A model generated the notes under the pieces. It ran no database searches and was not told the DNA's origin. It worked only from the letters and a program-made list of their open reading frames with translations. Both the position numbers and the translations under genes were made by a program. A stretch of DNA of 64,000 nucleotides from Tubulanus polymorphus. Its lineage: Eukaryota > Animalia > Nemertea. Positions 26,501-38,200 of the stretch are shown piece by piece; within the stretch, counting starts at the first letter, position 1; every line of letters starts with the position of its first letter. The stretch covers positions 15,631,653-15,695,652 of the forward strand of contig NC_134028.1 of assembly GCF_964204645.1 (NCBI RefSeq), in the 5' to 3' direction.

Positions 26501-27888
26501 GACCGAAGGCACCTTTGGTGTCAACACCAGTGGGTCGTAGAGAGCAGAGGTTGCACATTGACATAGTGGGCCCCCTACAGCGTACTAAACGCGGCAACAC
26601 TTACATTATTTTTGTCCAGGACGCTTTCACTAAGTAGGTTGAGGCATGGCCAGTACGGAATGAGAAGGCCCCCACTGTGGCTCGGAAAGTCGTCGATGAA
26701 TGGGTCACGAGATATGGCTGCCCAGAAAGCATTCACTCGGACCGGGGTGCCAACTTCGAGTCCAAGGTTTTTACAGAAATGTGTCGACTGTTGGGTATCG
26801 ATAAGACGCGTACCACCTGTATCACCCGATGGGGAATGGTCAGGTGGAAAGCTTTAATAAATCCATCAATGCCATGCTGACCATATCCGTGAATGAAACT
26901 GTGAATGAAATGGCACTGACTGGGATACGAAACTGTCATCATGCCTGATGGCATTTCGTTCTAGTGTTCAGGAATCCACAGGCGAAACCCCATTCTACCT
27001 GACTTTCGGTTCAGAGATGGTCTTGCCTCTAGATATCATGGTTGGACCACCAGAAGAGCAAGTGTACATCACTAAGTTTAGCCGTGATGTACACTCTTAC
27101 TGGAGGCGCACCAAAGAGTCAGGGAGAGACTGGGTAAGGCTCAGCGGTGTCAGACTGTCAATTACGACAGATTTGCTAGGCGGGGTGGGTATAACGTTGG
27201 GGATCGGGGATGGCTCTATAGTCTTGCCATTAAGCCGGGGGAGGCGGCAAAATTCCATAAGAAGTGGAAGGGCCCCTTCATTATTATTGAGAAACTGTCG
27301 GAGGTGACGTATCGGGTCAGACTGGAGGGGGGTCCCCCAAAGCAAAAGACTGTCCACTTCAATGATGTGAAGCCAGCGTTTGGCCAGCCGCATACCAACG
27401 TCAAGAAGGCTGTCCCCGCCAGAACTAGAAAGAGGACAGTTGAACCCCAACCTGCCCCTGAGATTGAACCTGCCCCTGAGATTGAAAATTCGAGCTCTTC
27501 AGGGAGCAATGACGAGGAGATTGTCTGGAGGTGCCCAAACGAGCGGATTGTGGCAGTACCACCCAATGACGCCACACCAATCGAAGCGGAGGCAGAAGTC
27601 GATCCGGAAGTCGATCCCCCAGCGGGTCAGCTAGTGGAAAATGCCCAGCTGCATCCACCGGCCGACAACGGAGATCAATCTGGTCGTCTGCACCCGAGGA
27701 GAGCATTGAATGAGCCAGCTCGATTCAGGGACTTTGTTCGTCATTGCCCCATACCGGCAACCAGTACAGCAGTTAATGGCGACTGTACCACCTGCTGTCA
27801 GCGATGGTCCAGAATCCGGGAGAAGAAAGATCTGTGGCTGAAGAAAGCGCGAAAATTGCTGCGAGACAGAGAACACCTCACCGGTTAA
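23522..27888 (+). pseudogene. Pol polyprotein (protease, RT, RNase H, integrase), disrupted
   Basis: LLDTGA, LCCDYRKLN, YLDD, DCDASD, HIDIVGP, HSDRGANF, WKGPF; stops at 25862 and 26635 plus several frameshifts. Confidence 0.95.
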
Positions 27889-27950
27889 ACTATCTGCCCT
27901 CCGGCCAACTTAACGTTTTTCTCTCTTGCCTTCTGTTTTTAGCTGCCAAA

Positions 27951-28799
27951 ATGTCTGATGTTCTTCAGTTGGATACGTTGAACGAAGAAACACGAGACCT
28001 GAAGAAGGCCGCTGTGCAAGATGTGCGAAAATATGTGCAAAGCTACACGAAAAGGACTGAGCCCGAATGGACTCCGGACTTCAGTGCTTTGGTAAGTTCA
28101 TGTGAACGCCATCTGTACCAACGAGGTGACATGGTCGCTGGTTCCGTAGTTGCTGGCGTCAAGGCTTTCCTGTCGTCAGCCAAGCGGTCACGGCCATCCA
28201 TGTCGATGGAGAGGTTAAATCGCCTGGGGACAGAACTCAGCTGTTTGATATCCCGGCATGGGGGTAAGAGTATACGTCTCGTGGATAAGCTGGAGAAGCT
28301 TAATCGACAGCTCCGAGTCGGAGATCTACGGCGTCCAATTCTCCTGCTGAGCGACTCCATGTTTAAAGGAGTCAAGTGCAGCGATGACATGTATGTCATC
28401 GCTCACTCAGGAGAACGGATCGAGGAGGTCAGTCGGACCATACGACTGATGAGCGTCAGCTGTTCAGCTGTTGTCGTTAACCACGGGGTGAATAACGTGC
28501 GGGAATTCGGTGATACGGTCAAGGAGATATATAGCCTGGCCAACCTTATACAGCGAAAATATCCCCTTGTCCCGATTTTCCACCTTCGTGTCCCAAAAGC
28601 CCCGTGTATGAGAGGCAAGCGCGAGACGGTCATCCCGATTGACCGCATTAATGTACATTTCGAGAAGGCCGGGTTTCGTACCATCGAACATCCAGACCTT
28701 CCAGACCACGACTACAGAGGGATCCATTATCGACCGAAGGCAGTCAATGAAGTAGCCCGTCATATTATTGCCTCCGTCAAGAGTCATTTAGAGTCCTAA
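27951..28799 (+). CDS. Gypsy ORF3, SGNH/GDSL hydrolase-like protein (282 aa, intact frame)
   Basis: ATG 27951 follows a polypyrimidine tract and AG (27941-27942); LLLSDSMF, HSGERI, VVNHGVNN, DHDYRGIHY. Confidence 0.8.
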   Translation: MSDVLQLDTLNEETRDLKKAAVQDVRKYVQSYTKRTEPEWTPDFSALVSSCERHLYQRGDMVAGSVVAGVKAFLSSAKRSRPSMSMERLNRLGTELSCLISRHGGKSIRLVDKLEKLNRQLRVGDLRRPILLLSDSMFKGVKCSDDMYVIAHSGERIEEVSRTIRLMSVSCSAVVVNHGVNNVREFGDTVKEIYSLANLIQRKYPLVPIFHLRVPKAPCMRGKRETVIPIDRINVHFEKAGFRTIEHPDLPDHDYRGIHYRPKAVNEVARHIIASVKSHLES

Positions 28800-29291
28800 A
28801 TTTGTAGGTGGGACACCTTACTATGGTCAATACCCACCCTACAAAACATGGCCTTTTGACTCGAGCATCCCTGCCTCAGTCCTGGTTCTGTGTGTTAGAA
28901 CTTTTTCTGCTGGCCTCTTCTCTTTTACTTTTTCAGCGCTACTTTGGAGAATCGTTGTATATAAACCATCACTTGTATATAGACTGCCATGTGTATATAG
29001 ACCGCAAGTTCCGTCACGTGAGTAGGTATGGGGATGGCGGGGCCAACACCAGATATCGGTAAATGGCCAGCCATCTACCCCCCGCGGTGAACCCTAGTCT
29101 ACCTCCTACTTCAGGAATGGATTGAGCGGAAATGTAAATATGTAAATAATCTGACTCTTGTGTACCATGCGAACCATGGGTGTTATCGATCGTCATCGTT
29201 TTGCGATGGGAACTCGGCATACCGGTATTGGACTGTTATTGCGTCGTGAAAGTTAATTTTGGTACTGAACCGTAGTTCAGTACTCATTGTT

Positions 29292-29300
29292 AGGGGGGAG
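29292..29300 (+). promoter_or_regulatory. Polypurine tract
   Basis: aggggggag, 3 nt upstream of the 3' LTR. Confidence 0.85.
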
Positions 29301-29303
29301 TTG

Positions 29304-29534
29304 TGTAACGGTGTAACTCCCGCCTGTCATTGTATTGTAATATAGTGTATTTGTATTGGTATTAATAAATGTTAACGATAGGTGGCATACCTATCGCTCT
29401 CTTGAAAAGAATCCTTTGTCCTGGTGAGTCGTGTGTTATCTTTTGTCCCGGTTCAAGACCCGGAACGTCCCCTACTACAGCGGCGATTACCTCTCATATT
29501 ACCATTAGAATACTCCAAGACGACAATTGTTACA
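29304..29534 (+). repeat. 3' LTR
   Basis: Direct repeat of 21954-22184. Confidence 0.97.
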
Positions 29535-29621
29535 TGAAGGTAACGCGTTTCATGATTTTTCGCTGTTTGATAGAATTATTCGTATTTCTCGTTTTAATCG
29601 TTTGTTTCTGCTATTTTTCAG

Positions 29622-30310
29622 ATGACCGGTTTACTCGTGGTTGTAATATCCTTACTCGGGATATGTAACATTTCTGTGGCCTGGAAAAACGATTGAGACC
29701 AACAGCTTATAATTTCCGGTGTCATAATAATCAACACATTCAGTGGTTTAAGAGTCGACACGATAATGGTCGCGAAGATCGACTGTTTGATAAGAACTGT
29801 CGATCGGGTTACGTCGGAACTGATTGCAGTTGGACTGGTTACCTGAATGACTGGGATAATCCCGTTAATTTCGTGTGTCCTCATAACGGCATAGTCACCG
29901 GGTTCCATAGTTTCCATGATAATCAGAGAGAGGACAGAAGATGGAAGTTGCGATGTTGCAAAGTAAGTTCACCGGATTAGCTCGACATTTAAGTTTGCCG
30001 TTTTCTAGGAACTGGTTATAATCCGCTGTAATTCGCCTAACCTTTTATACGGGTTGCTAGACCTGGACAGTCGTATTACTGGTCTGGCTGGCTCGCTGAC
30101 TGGGATCAGGAAATCGACTAGTTTCCCTAACGGAATGGTAATGACCGGCATGAAGAGTATACACGATAACGGAAAAGAGTAAGTGTATTTTCGGTCAAAA
30201 TTATTCCGCGATGATGAGAATTTCTTCCGTTATAAAAACAAAAACAAATTGTATTTTATACTTTCAGGGATCGATTGTTTGAGTTCAGAATGTGTTTTTA
30301 TGATTATTGA
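29622..30310 (+). pseudogene. Dermatopontin-family / hemagglutinin-amebocyte aggregation factor-like gene, copy 1 (3 coding exons)
   Basis: Signal peptide; S.HDN..EDR.F/W repeats, WTGYLNDWD..VNFVCP; in-frame TGA at 29694, a 2-nt frameshift and a mutated acceptor near 30052. Confidence 0.85.
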
Positions 30311-30848
30311 ATTCAAGAAGTTGTGGAGTTGACGACGACGATTCATTCATCGATACTTACTTTATGATGTTGTTAATTAGATTTCGGATCTTATAGAATA
30401 TATAGAAGTTATAGAATATGTGCATATGTGCATGAGTTTTCTTTAGGCATTTTGTTCTTAGACAAGCGACATTTTCCTTTTAATGGGAGGAGCTGCCAGC
30501 ACATGTTCCATCGAAGAGATCGGAAGTAGACTCGATTCACTAACTGCGGAGTCATCCGTCTGAAAAATATATTAAGACAGGATTTTAGTAACATCAAAAC
30601 GACCTCAAGTTATATAGAATACGTTTCCGGCCTGGGATTCGTGCACCATCGATAATGATTTTGTTATCAGATTTCAATATGACTAAATAAGCAAATAATA
30701 TAATATGAATCTTCGTTTTTCTTTTGACAATATGTCGTTCTAAGAAATGTTCCCTTGACTAAACTCGAGGAAAAGACCAAATGATTTGACGTTTGCTTAG
30801 AAAATGTTTCACTTTGATGGGGAATTATTGAAAGAAAAAGAAATTCAG

Positions 30849-32263
30849 ATGACCGGTTTACTCGCGGTAGTAATATCCTTACTCGGAATATGTCATACTT
30901 CTCTGGCTTGGAAAAACAGTTGGGACCGACCGCTTAGTTTCCGGTGTCCTGGTCATCAACACATCCAGTGGTTTAAAGGCTGACTTATGTCGATAAGCAG
31001 CGCGACGCCTACCGACGCAACTGGGTTTATCGTCGATTAGCGGAGACTAGCGGCCTACGAGAGGCAGCCAGTTGCTGCTCTATCGGTTCGACATAAGCCG
31101 GCTTGCGACAGCAACCCGACGCCTACCGACTCGTCGCAAGCCGTATTCGGCTAGTTGCCCATGTTCTACTCCTGCCTACTGTAGGCGGACAGTTGCTTTC
31201 GATCGCAACCGACATAAGCTCATTTGCGACGCGACGGAACTGAGCGCAAGGGTTCCAGCCAATAAGAGACCGTATATACATAGTACAAATTATGACCGCT
31301 AGTTAGCGTCATTCGTAGTTAGTCATACACTTTCAAATTCAAGTATTTCGAAACGTAAACCAAACCTTCAGCACGGCAGATGTCTGGACCGAAGATGTAG
31401 AAGCGAAATTGGTAGAATTATGGTGTGAGCGGCCATCTTTAAATAATGTCGCTAGCACATTGTATTCAAAACAGAATCAGAAAGATAAAGATCTTAAAGA
31501 AATAACTTTTCTAAAAGAAATATATTCCCCAATAATTCAAAATAAATCAAATTTATACTCAAAATGCTTATCACGTGACCATCTGAGCCGTTGCAGTTGC
31601 CAGTAATCGTAACCGACATAAGCAGGGAAGCAACTGGGAGGATCTCGTATCCCGATAGTCGGCCTCAGTTGCTGCGAATCGGAGCGCGGTCGACATTAGC
31701 TGGGCTGCGATCGCGGTTGCTCTCAGTTGCGTCGGTAGGAGTCGGTAGGCGCCGCGTTGCTTGTCGACATAAGCCAGCGTTACGTCGGAACTGATTGCAG
31801 TTGGACTGGTTACCTTAATGACTGGGATAAACCCGTTAACTTCGTGTGTCCTCATAACGGCATAGTCACCGGGTTTTATAGTTACCACGATAGTGGAAAA
31901 GACGACAGAAGATGGAAGTCGCGATGTTGCAAAGTAAGTTTACCGCATTTGCAAAGTTAGCCTATTTCTAGCAAGCGTTTATAATTCGCACATTCATCTT
32001 TATACAGGCTACCAAACCGGGACAGTCACTGGTCTGGCTGGCTCACTGACTGGGATCAGGAAATCGACTACAGTTTCCCTAACGGAATGGCAATGACCGG
32101 CATGAACAGTATACACGATAACGGAAGAGAGTAAGTATCATTCTATCATTTTCCAAACGATTCGGTGAGAATTTAGAAAATTTTAAGGTAAAAATAGCAA
32201 ATTGTTTTATACTTTCAGGGATCGATTTTTCCAGTTTGGAATGTTTCTTATTATAATTATTGA
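30849..32263 (+). pseudogene. Dermatopontin-family gene copy 2, interrupted by a transposon
   Basis: Tandem paralog with the same exon layout; first coding exon split by the 30978-31778 insertion, with ~55 bp of coding sequence lost. Confidence 0.85.
30978..31778 (+). mobile_element. Non-autonomous PIF/Harbinger-like element
   Basis: ~38-bp TIRs ggctgacttatgtcga..cctaccgac; internal WTEDVEAKLVELWCERPSL..Y MADF/Myb-SANT remnant; inserted after tttaaa. Confidence 0.75.
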
Positions 32264-33104
32264 TTTCAAGAAGTTTCTGCGTGGCGGTAACGTTAGTAAG
32301 AAGTAGACGGCGGCTTTCAATTATTTATCGATGATAACTTTTGATTTTTCAACTTGGAATAAATAGCAAATCATAAAATATGTTATTCTATGTTCATTTT
32401 GCATTGAGGTTCTTTGACGAACTCATCTGTCCCATCAAAGGAACTGACGATACACTGACAATAATGACTACAAGATGATATAAGATGCAATGGATTTTGA
32501 CTTGCTAGCATATTGTTTCCGATTACAACACTACCCAAAAACGATGATGTTTTACAGTTCAGAACTCTATTCACCAGGTTCAGACATACGTTTAGTTTAT
32601 TGAGTAGAATCCAAAGATCCGAAAAAAATAATACATATGGGAAACCTGTTATTGAAGCGTAAACGATGTTAAGGCCTTTTTATTGCTTGCAGCACAGAAT
32701 CCTGGTCTTCACTTCTCCCCTCATTTGAATTTAACACGATTTTTAAATTTTCACGCGTTACTTCCAACATTATATAAGAAAAATACTCAAATGATAAAAG
32801 AACAATTTTCCATTTTTTTTCCTGTTTCCTTTTTATAGCGTCTGTAAAAGCGCATTTTTTTCTTTTAATCTTTAATGTATTTTCCTCCGCTTTTCCGTGT
32901 TTGCTCCAAGTAATCAAAAAGCCTTATTTAGAAATTTGGTGGTGAAAATAGATGTTTTGTCTTGAACGTAATTCGATACATTTTTCAGTTATTCTTGAAG
33001 AGAACTCTTCTATCTGGAGATGCGAAGAACAATCTGAAAAAGAAAGAAGAAAAGATTGAAGAACGGTGGGTTTTCTTTAATAGACCCCACTTTGAGCAAA
33101 CCGT

Positions 33105-33779
33105 TCAACAGTGTGAAGGATACCCGGGATTATTTTTGGCCAAGTCTGGCCCATATAGAGAAACCCACACTGAGGCACTCGCCAACGCTTTAGGGGGCAT
33201 CCAGTAATCACCTCCACCCAGGAAGAATCTGAATTGGAAGTAAAAGGGGAAACAAGTGCCGTCAAAGAGATTTATAAGGGTTATGATTTACCTATAAATC
33301 AAAGCCGCGAGGACAGCTCCTAGGACAGGTCCGGCCCAATATATCTAATGATCGGCCCAAATTCCTTTGTGTTTTGAGTCAACGGTATAAGTCCAAATCG
33401 CTGGTCCAAAACTTCTAGCTGGATTCATAGAACCACCGGTGTTGTTAATGCTATGAAATTGAAGAATTTGTGAAAAGATAACTTAAAAATTGACATAAAA
33501 TAATATGTATAGGAAGATATTGTCGGGCATTCGACATGCGACTACTCACGCGGCTAAGATACCAACAGTAACCGCAAAGCCGATTGCCAGAGGCGCGATG
33601 TTCGTTCTGCCGTCAAGATCAACGGCCGTCAGCAATACAGTAAGAACCAACAACAGCGTTATCGTAGTTTGAATGACCAGTCCACAAACCGGGTATACCC
33701 CGAGATCCAACGAAGTGGCGCCGAAATTGATGTCCTGGGCGCGGGTAAAGTTATCGCGAATTTGGAACGACAACGCCCT
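33105..33779 (-). pseudogene. Aquaporin (MIP family), last three exons, premature stop
   Basis: APLAIGFAVTVGILAA | INNTGGSMNPARSFGPA..DH*IYWAGP; TAG at 33345-33347 where Trp is expected; 5' exons not found. Confidence 0.85.
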
Positions 33780-34605
33780 CTGAATAAAGGGTCGTCGTTA
33801 GTTCCAAGACGAGTTTGTCGATGACGTCATATGTAAATAATATCATCTCCACGTGCGCGAATGAATGCGGGGAGAACAAATTCAAATACAAAGACTTTAT
33901 TTAACCAAATCCGTGCTGCGAGACCTTGTTGATACGAATCTTATGGGCAAAAGTGCCAAACGGGGTTTCGTATTATCAAAAGCCTAATTGATAACCATAA
34001 CCATTCTCCAAGTGTTTAAAGCGCACTGATTACAATGGTTTGTAGGCGTGCGCTATATAACAAAATAAATTATTATTATTATCATAAATATCTTAGCTGG
34101 GTGGATCGAAATCGGTCATTGTAATAAACTGGTTTCATCAATAAAATAAACAGGTCCGTATTAACGAGGTTCAACTGTACAATCATGAAAAATCTGCTGC
34201 AATCCTCCATAATCCTGTTGGTAATCCTTTGCTCGACTATTAAAAAGTGATGTCCACTGTTACAGTAAGAAAATATACAAAATAAATTATTTACTGAGAA
34301 GTTTATTTTCTTTCAAGACAAAATATAACATGTACGGTAAAATATACCTTCTTTCCGATTCATTGCAAAGTTTTACCTCTTCATGAAATGTACAGTGTGC
34401 AATAGGTAACAATAATATTTTATTGAAAAAAAAACAGTTAGATAGACAGTATGTGTATCTAGGATTATCATTTATCACAAATATGTACAAAAAGCCAACT
34501 GATGACTTACCCATTTCTAAGGCTATTTAGTAACATAGAAGTAACTTTATTATGACATTTATGACAGTTCGTATAATTCAAAATCTTGAATTGCCTCTTG
34601 AAATG

Positions 34606-34863
34606 CAGGGTCCGATCTAAGGAATTAAATAAACTTGCCCGGGGGCAAGCATATCAGAAATTTCACTAGCCTCCGCAAAAATATACTTGCCCTACATAGG
34701 CAGTCGGACTGGGAACACAATCATCTGTTGTATCAATAAGGAAAAAAACTTTGAAAACTTTTAAATGGACTAGCCTGGCGGACAAGTGATAATGAAAACC
34801 TACTTGCCTTAATGAGAATATACTTGTCCCGGGCAATCAGACAAGTGCTTAGACCAAACCCTG
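34606..34863. mobile_element. 258-bp MITE, CAGGG termini, 5-bp TSD
   Basis: cagggtccgatctaag / cttagaccaaaccctg; AAATG at 34601-34605 and 34864-34868. Confidence 0.75.
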
Positions 34864-35239
34864 AAATGTGTAGTTTTGCAATTTTTTTTAGTACCATACC
34901 GAAGCTAGAAAGTGAGCCACTATACATGAGGAAATTGGTGCAATAGAAAGTTCCAAGTGCTATAGGAAGGTTAAGTGCACTTTAAATGTAACGTACCTCT
35001 CTTAAAGCAGTAATGAATATAAATACAAAGAGTGAGAAATATGAAGTACATACACCAAAGGAAGTTTCAAAAAGCTTACCATTTCCTATACAAACTACAT
35101 CCTTCACAAGTCTCCTTTAAAATAGAAGAAAACATTTTCAGAAAAAATTATACTTGTCGACCTTGAATTCAGTCAAGTCGAACAAAAATTGCCAGCCACA
35201 ATAGATCTGACTTAGGTGCATTTTACTGTATTAAGTCAA

Positions 35240-38200
35240 TTATAGTCTAATAGTCTGACATTTTTTACATGTAAATGATTCATCAAGTACTATTTTAGCA
35301 GCATCTGCAGCAGTAATCTTGACGCATTTAAAATAAAACCATATTTGGCAGTTATCACAGTGGCTCATCTTTGATCCAGGGATATACATATGACATGAAC
35401 AATGTTTTGATATTGTGGCCACATTGCAACAACCTCTTTCCTTCTTACAGGCAAGCACTACATGCGGAAACATTCTTATTTTACCACCAGTTAAACAGGA
35501 ATGAAGGTGTTCTCTCATAGCACTCTGTATATACATAATGGAAAATGGATCTACACCTTTGACCAAAGATACCACATTTGCAACAGCAAAGAGTCCACAG
35601 TCTCTCCCACCTCTCTGCAACTGCGGCAAGAAAAGATTAATATTCATCAAGCCATCATCTCCGTTAGCATAATTCCTATATAACTGACAGAACTGATGCC
35701 TAAGAAATGCATTTGGTGCACGGGGTTCCATTGAATCATAAATAGATATAACACCCCCAAAACTTGTCGAAATAAGCCAGTGCTGTCCAATGTTGTGTAT
35801 CTGAACAGCATCTCCAGCGACAGGTGTATCTATGGCATTACTTGATAACAAAATAGGGTCATTTAGACCACCAATAAAGGGGAATTCTTCTTTAACTAAT
35901 AACTGCGCCGCATGAATGTGTCTGTCGGAGAGCCATCCGCCTTTCCTCAAAATAACGGCATCAATGTTTGTTAACATGATAGGCTTCTTGATCCAAATAC
36001 CTAAATCAGAAGAATCCGATTGATCTGGTGTCCGTACAACCTTGTCTTGAGGGGATGAAACAGGAATAGCTTGCGAAGAAATATGGTCCATTGGTGTCCG
36101 CAATGGTGATACAAATGTAGATTTTTGTGTCCTTACTCGATTCATAGGTGTACAAATATTTGTATTAGATGATTCCTTGGCAATTACACCACTTGAAACA
36201 GTCTTAAAATCAACATTAATAAAGTTTTTCAATCCATCAGCTGTGACACCGAATCGTTTTTTATGGCTGTTACTTCCACTCCTTTTAGCATGTTTTTTCA
36301 GAGGATAGTACAGAGAATCTTCAGATTTTCGTTTCCCAATTGTTTTCTTTTTGTTTTCCGGAGACTGGCCACAAACCAACTCCCCATTTCGTGGTAATTT
36401 AAGAAATGTATCGTTTCGCATTGCCGTCAGTTATACAGCTAGTGATTCAAGGTCATTTTCGTCAAGGATATGAACATGGTCAATCATCGTTTTCAGGATG
36501 TCTAGGCATTCTCTTCGGGAATGTAGCTTATGAGACACTCTGCGTGCTGGGAGATCTAAACTATCCACGACCATGTTGTCATCATTTGCCCCACTAAAAT
36601 CACCAACCGGTTCATCGGATATCCCAATTTTTTCAGAATCATTACAAATAGGCACAGAAGCATCTTCAACATGTGGGACACAAGCAGGATCGAGGCTAAA
36701 GATAGGATTTGATATGTACAAATGCCCCAAGTCATTCCAGGAACAAACTTCAACGTATTTGAATATAGCGCAGAAGTGCTTACATGGTAACATATGAATG
36801 ATCCAGTCTTTAAAAGTGCATGCAGGCAAGCTATTTTCTGTACCTAAGGTCAATGTGTAAGTGCGAGCGTTGCTTACCACGTGGTAGAGACGATCGCTTA
36901 CTTTGGTGATATCCACATTTTCTATTGAATTCTGCCAACGAGACGAAACATGATTAACGAAATTGCGAGGTCGATTTTGAAGGAAAAGAGGAATATCATT
37001 TGAATATTTTCTATATGTGCTGGATGAAAATGTATTCAGTTCCACATATCTGAAAAAAACAGCATTATAGTACAAATACGGTAATAATGGAAAATCATCA
37101 GCTTCATTTTTCTATTTTTGATTAGAAAATAAAATCAAAAATACTCATTTCATAAGAATTTACACCATGAAAATTCCTCACCTTTTATAGGAATCTGGGA
37201 TATATGAATTGACAATAACATTCATCAGCTCGCTTAGAGTGCAATTTTTGTATCCAGAAACATATGTGTACTTGAGCGTCTCATTCTGACGCTCAACGCC
37301 ATTTGTTGTTCTTACACATGACATCCTGTTCAGTTTCAGATATGCAGCAACCCATCTCTGCGATAAACGTATTGAAAAATTATTCAGTCAGGATATACAT
37401 ATCACCAGAAATTCATAAAGACTAGTCTTTATGAATTTTCGATATCACCTATTGTCTAGAAATTGCGCTTACTTTCTTCTCAGAAATCCAAGTGCCAGTG
37501 AACCAATTTCTTAAATTTACATTGGATTTCCAAATATGTGACTGCTGTAAGACATTGTATGCTGCATTAAATTGTATTTCATCCGTAGCTGATTGAACGT
37601 TACGAAACATCCTTTTGACATCATCTCTGTACTCTATAAATCAAAGTGTATATATGAGGTTTTATCATCATAATCAAATCAAATAGAACTAGTAATGTGA
37701 TATGAAAAAGAGAGTAAGGCTGAACATACCGACAGGAACTCCATGGTTTGCCTTTGATAGCCATTCATTCCATGCCTTCTCCATGTGGAACTGGCAAAGT
37801 TTAACAGAAACATCTGTAAAAATTGGAATCATATAATATTCATCAATATTGTTTCTCAACACATCCTATTCTTAATACTTTCCATCTTAAAGAAGTAAAA
37901 TTGTTGTTTTTGTAGAAATTGACATTCGTTTAGAGTATGATTATGGAAGAAACCAATAAAACTTATACTGATAAACGTGTGTACAGTGTATTTGTGGTAT
38001 AGCCCCGAGTTAAGTCTTCAATGAAAAAATAACATTTGTACTGGTATATGGGTTAGTGATCTATCGAATGAGATCATGATAAACAATTTGACAAGCCTAC
38101 TAGATCATTAACAGAACTGATAAAAAAGTTCTAGTCGCAAAACTGGAAGGTACATTTTGTTAACCAGTCAATAGCAGTGCTTACATGTACCTACCGGCAA

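Larger units (their letters stand above)
21954..29534 (+). mobile_element. Full-length Ty3/Gypsy LTR retrotransposon copy B (gag, pol, ORF3)
   Basis: Two 231-bp TG..CA LTRs, TGAA TSD (21950-21953 / 29535-29538), PBS, PPT, domain order PR-RT-RH-IN. Confidence 0.97.

Noticed and set aside
27804-27950. N-terminal 49 codons of the 331-aa ORF call
   Set aside because: Overlaps the pol end and the pyrimidine tract; homology with copy A begins at ATG 27951.
23138-28787. Antisense and alternative-frame ORFs inside Gypsy B
   Set aside because: Shadows of the gag, pol and ORF3 frames with no motifs.
22845-33347. APOBEC-like G-to-A hypermutation (several TGG to stop changes)
   Set aside because: Trp codons are the expected source of transition-generated stops, and host pseudogenes show the same change; too few sites without a consensus.
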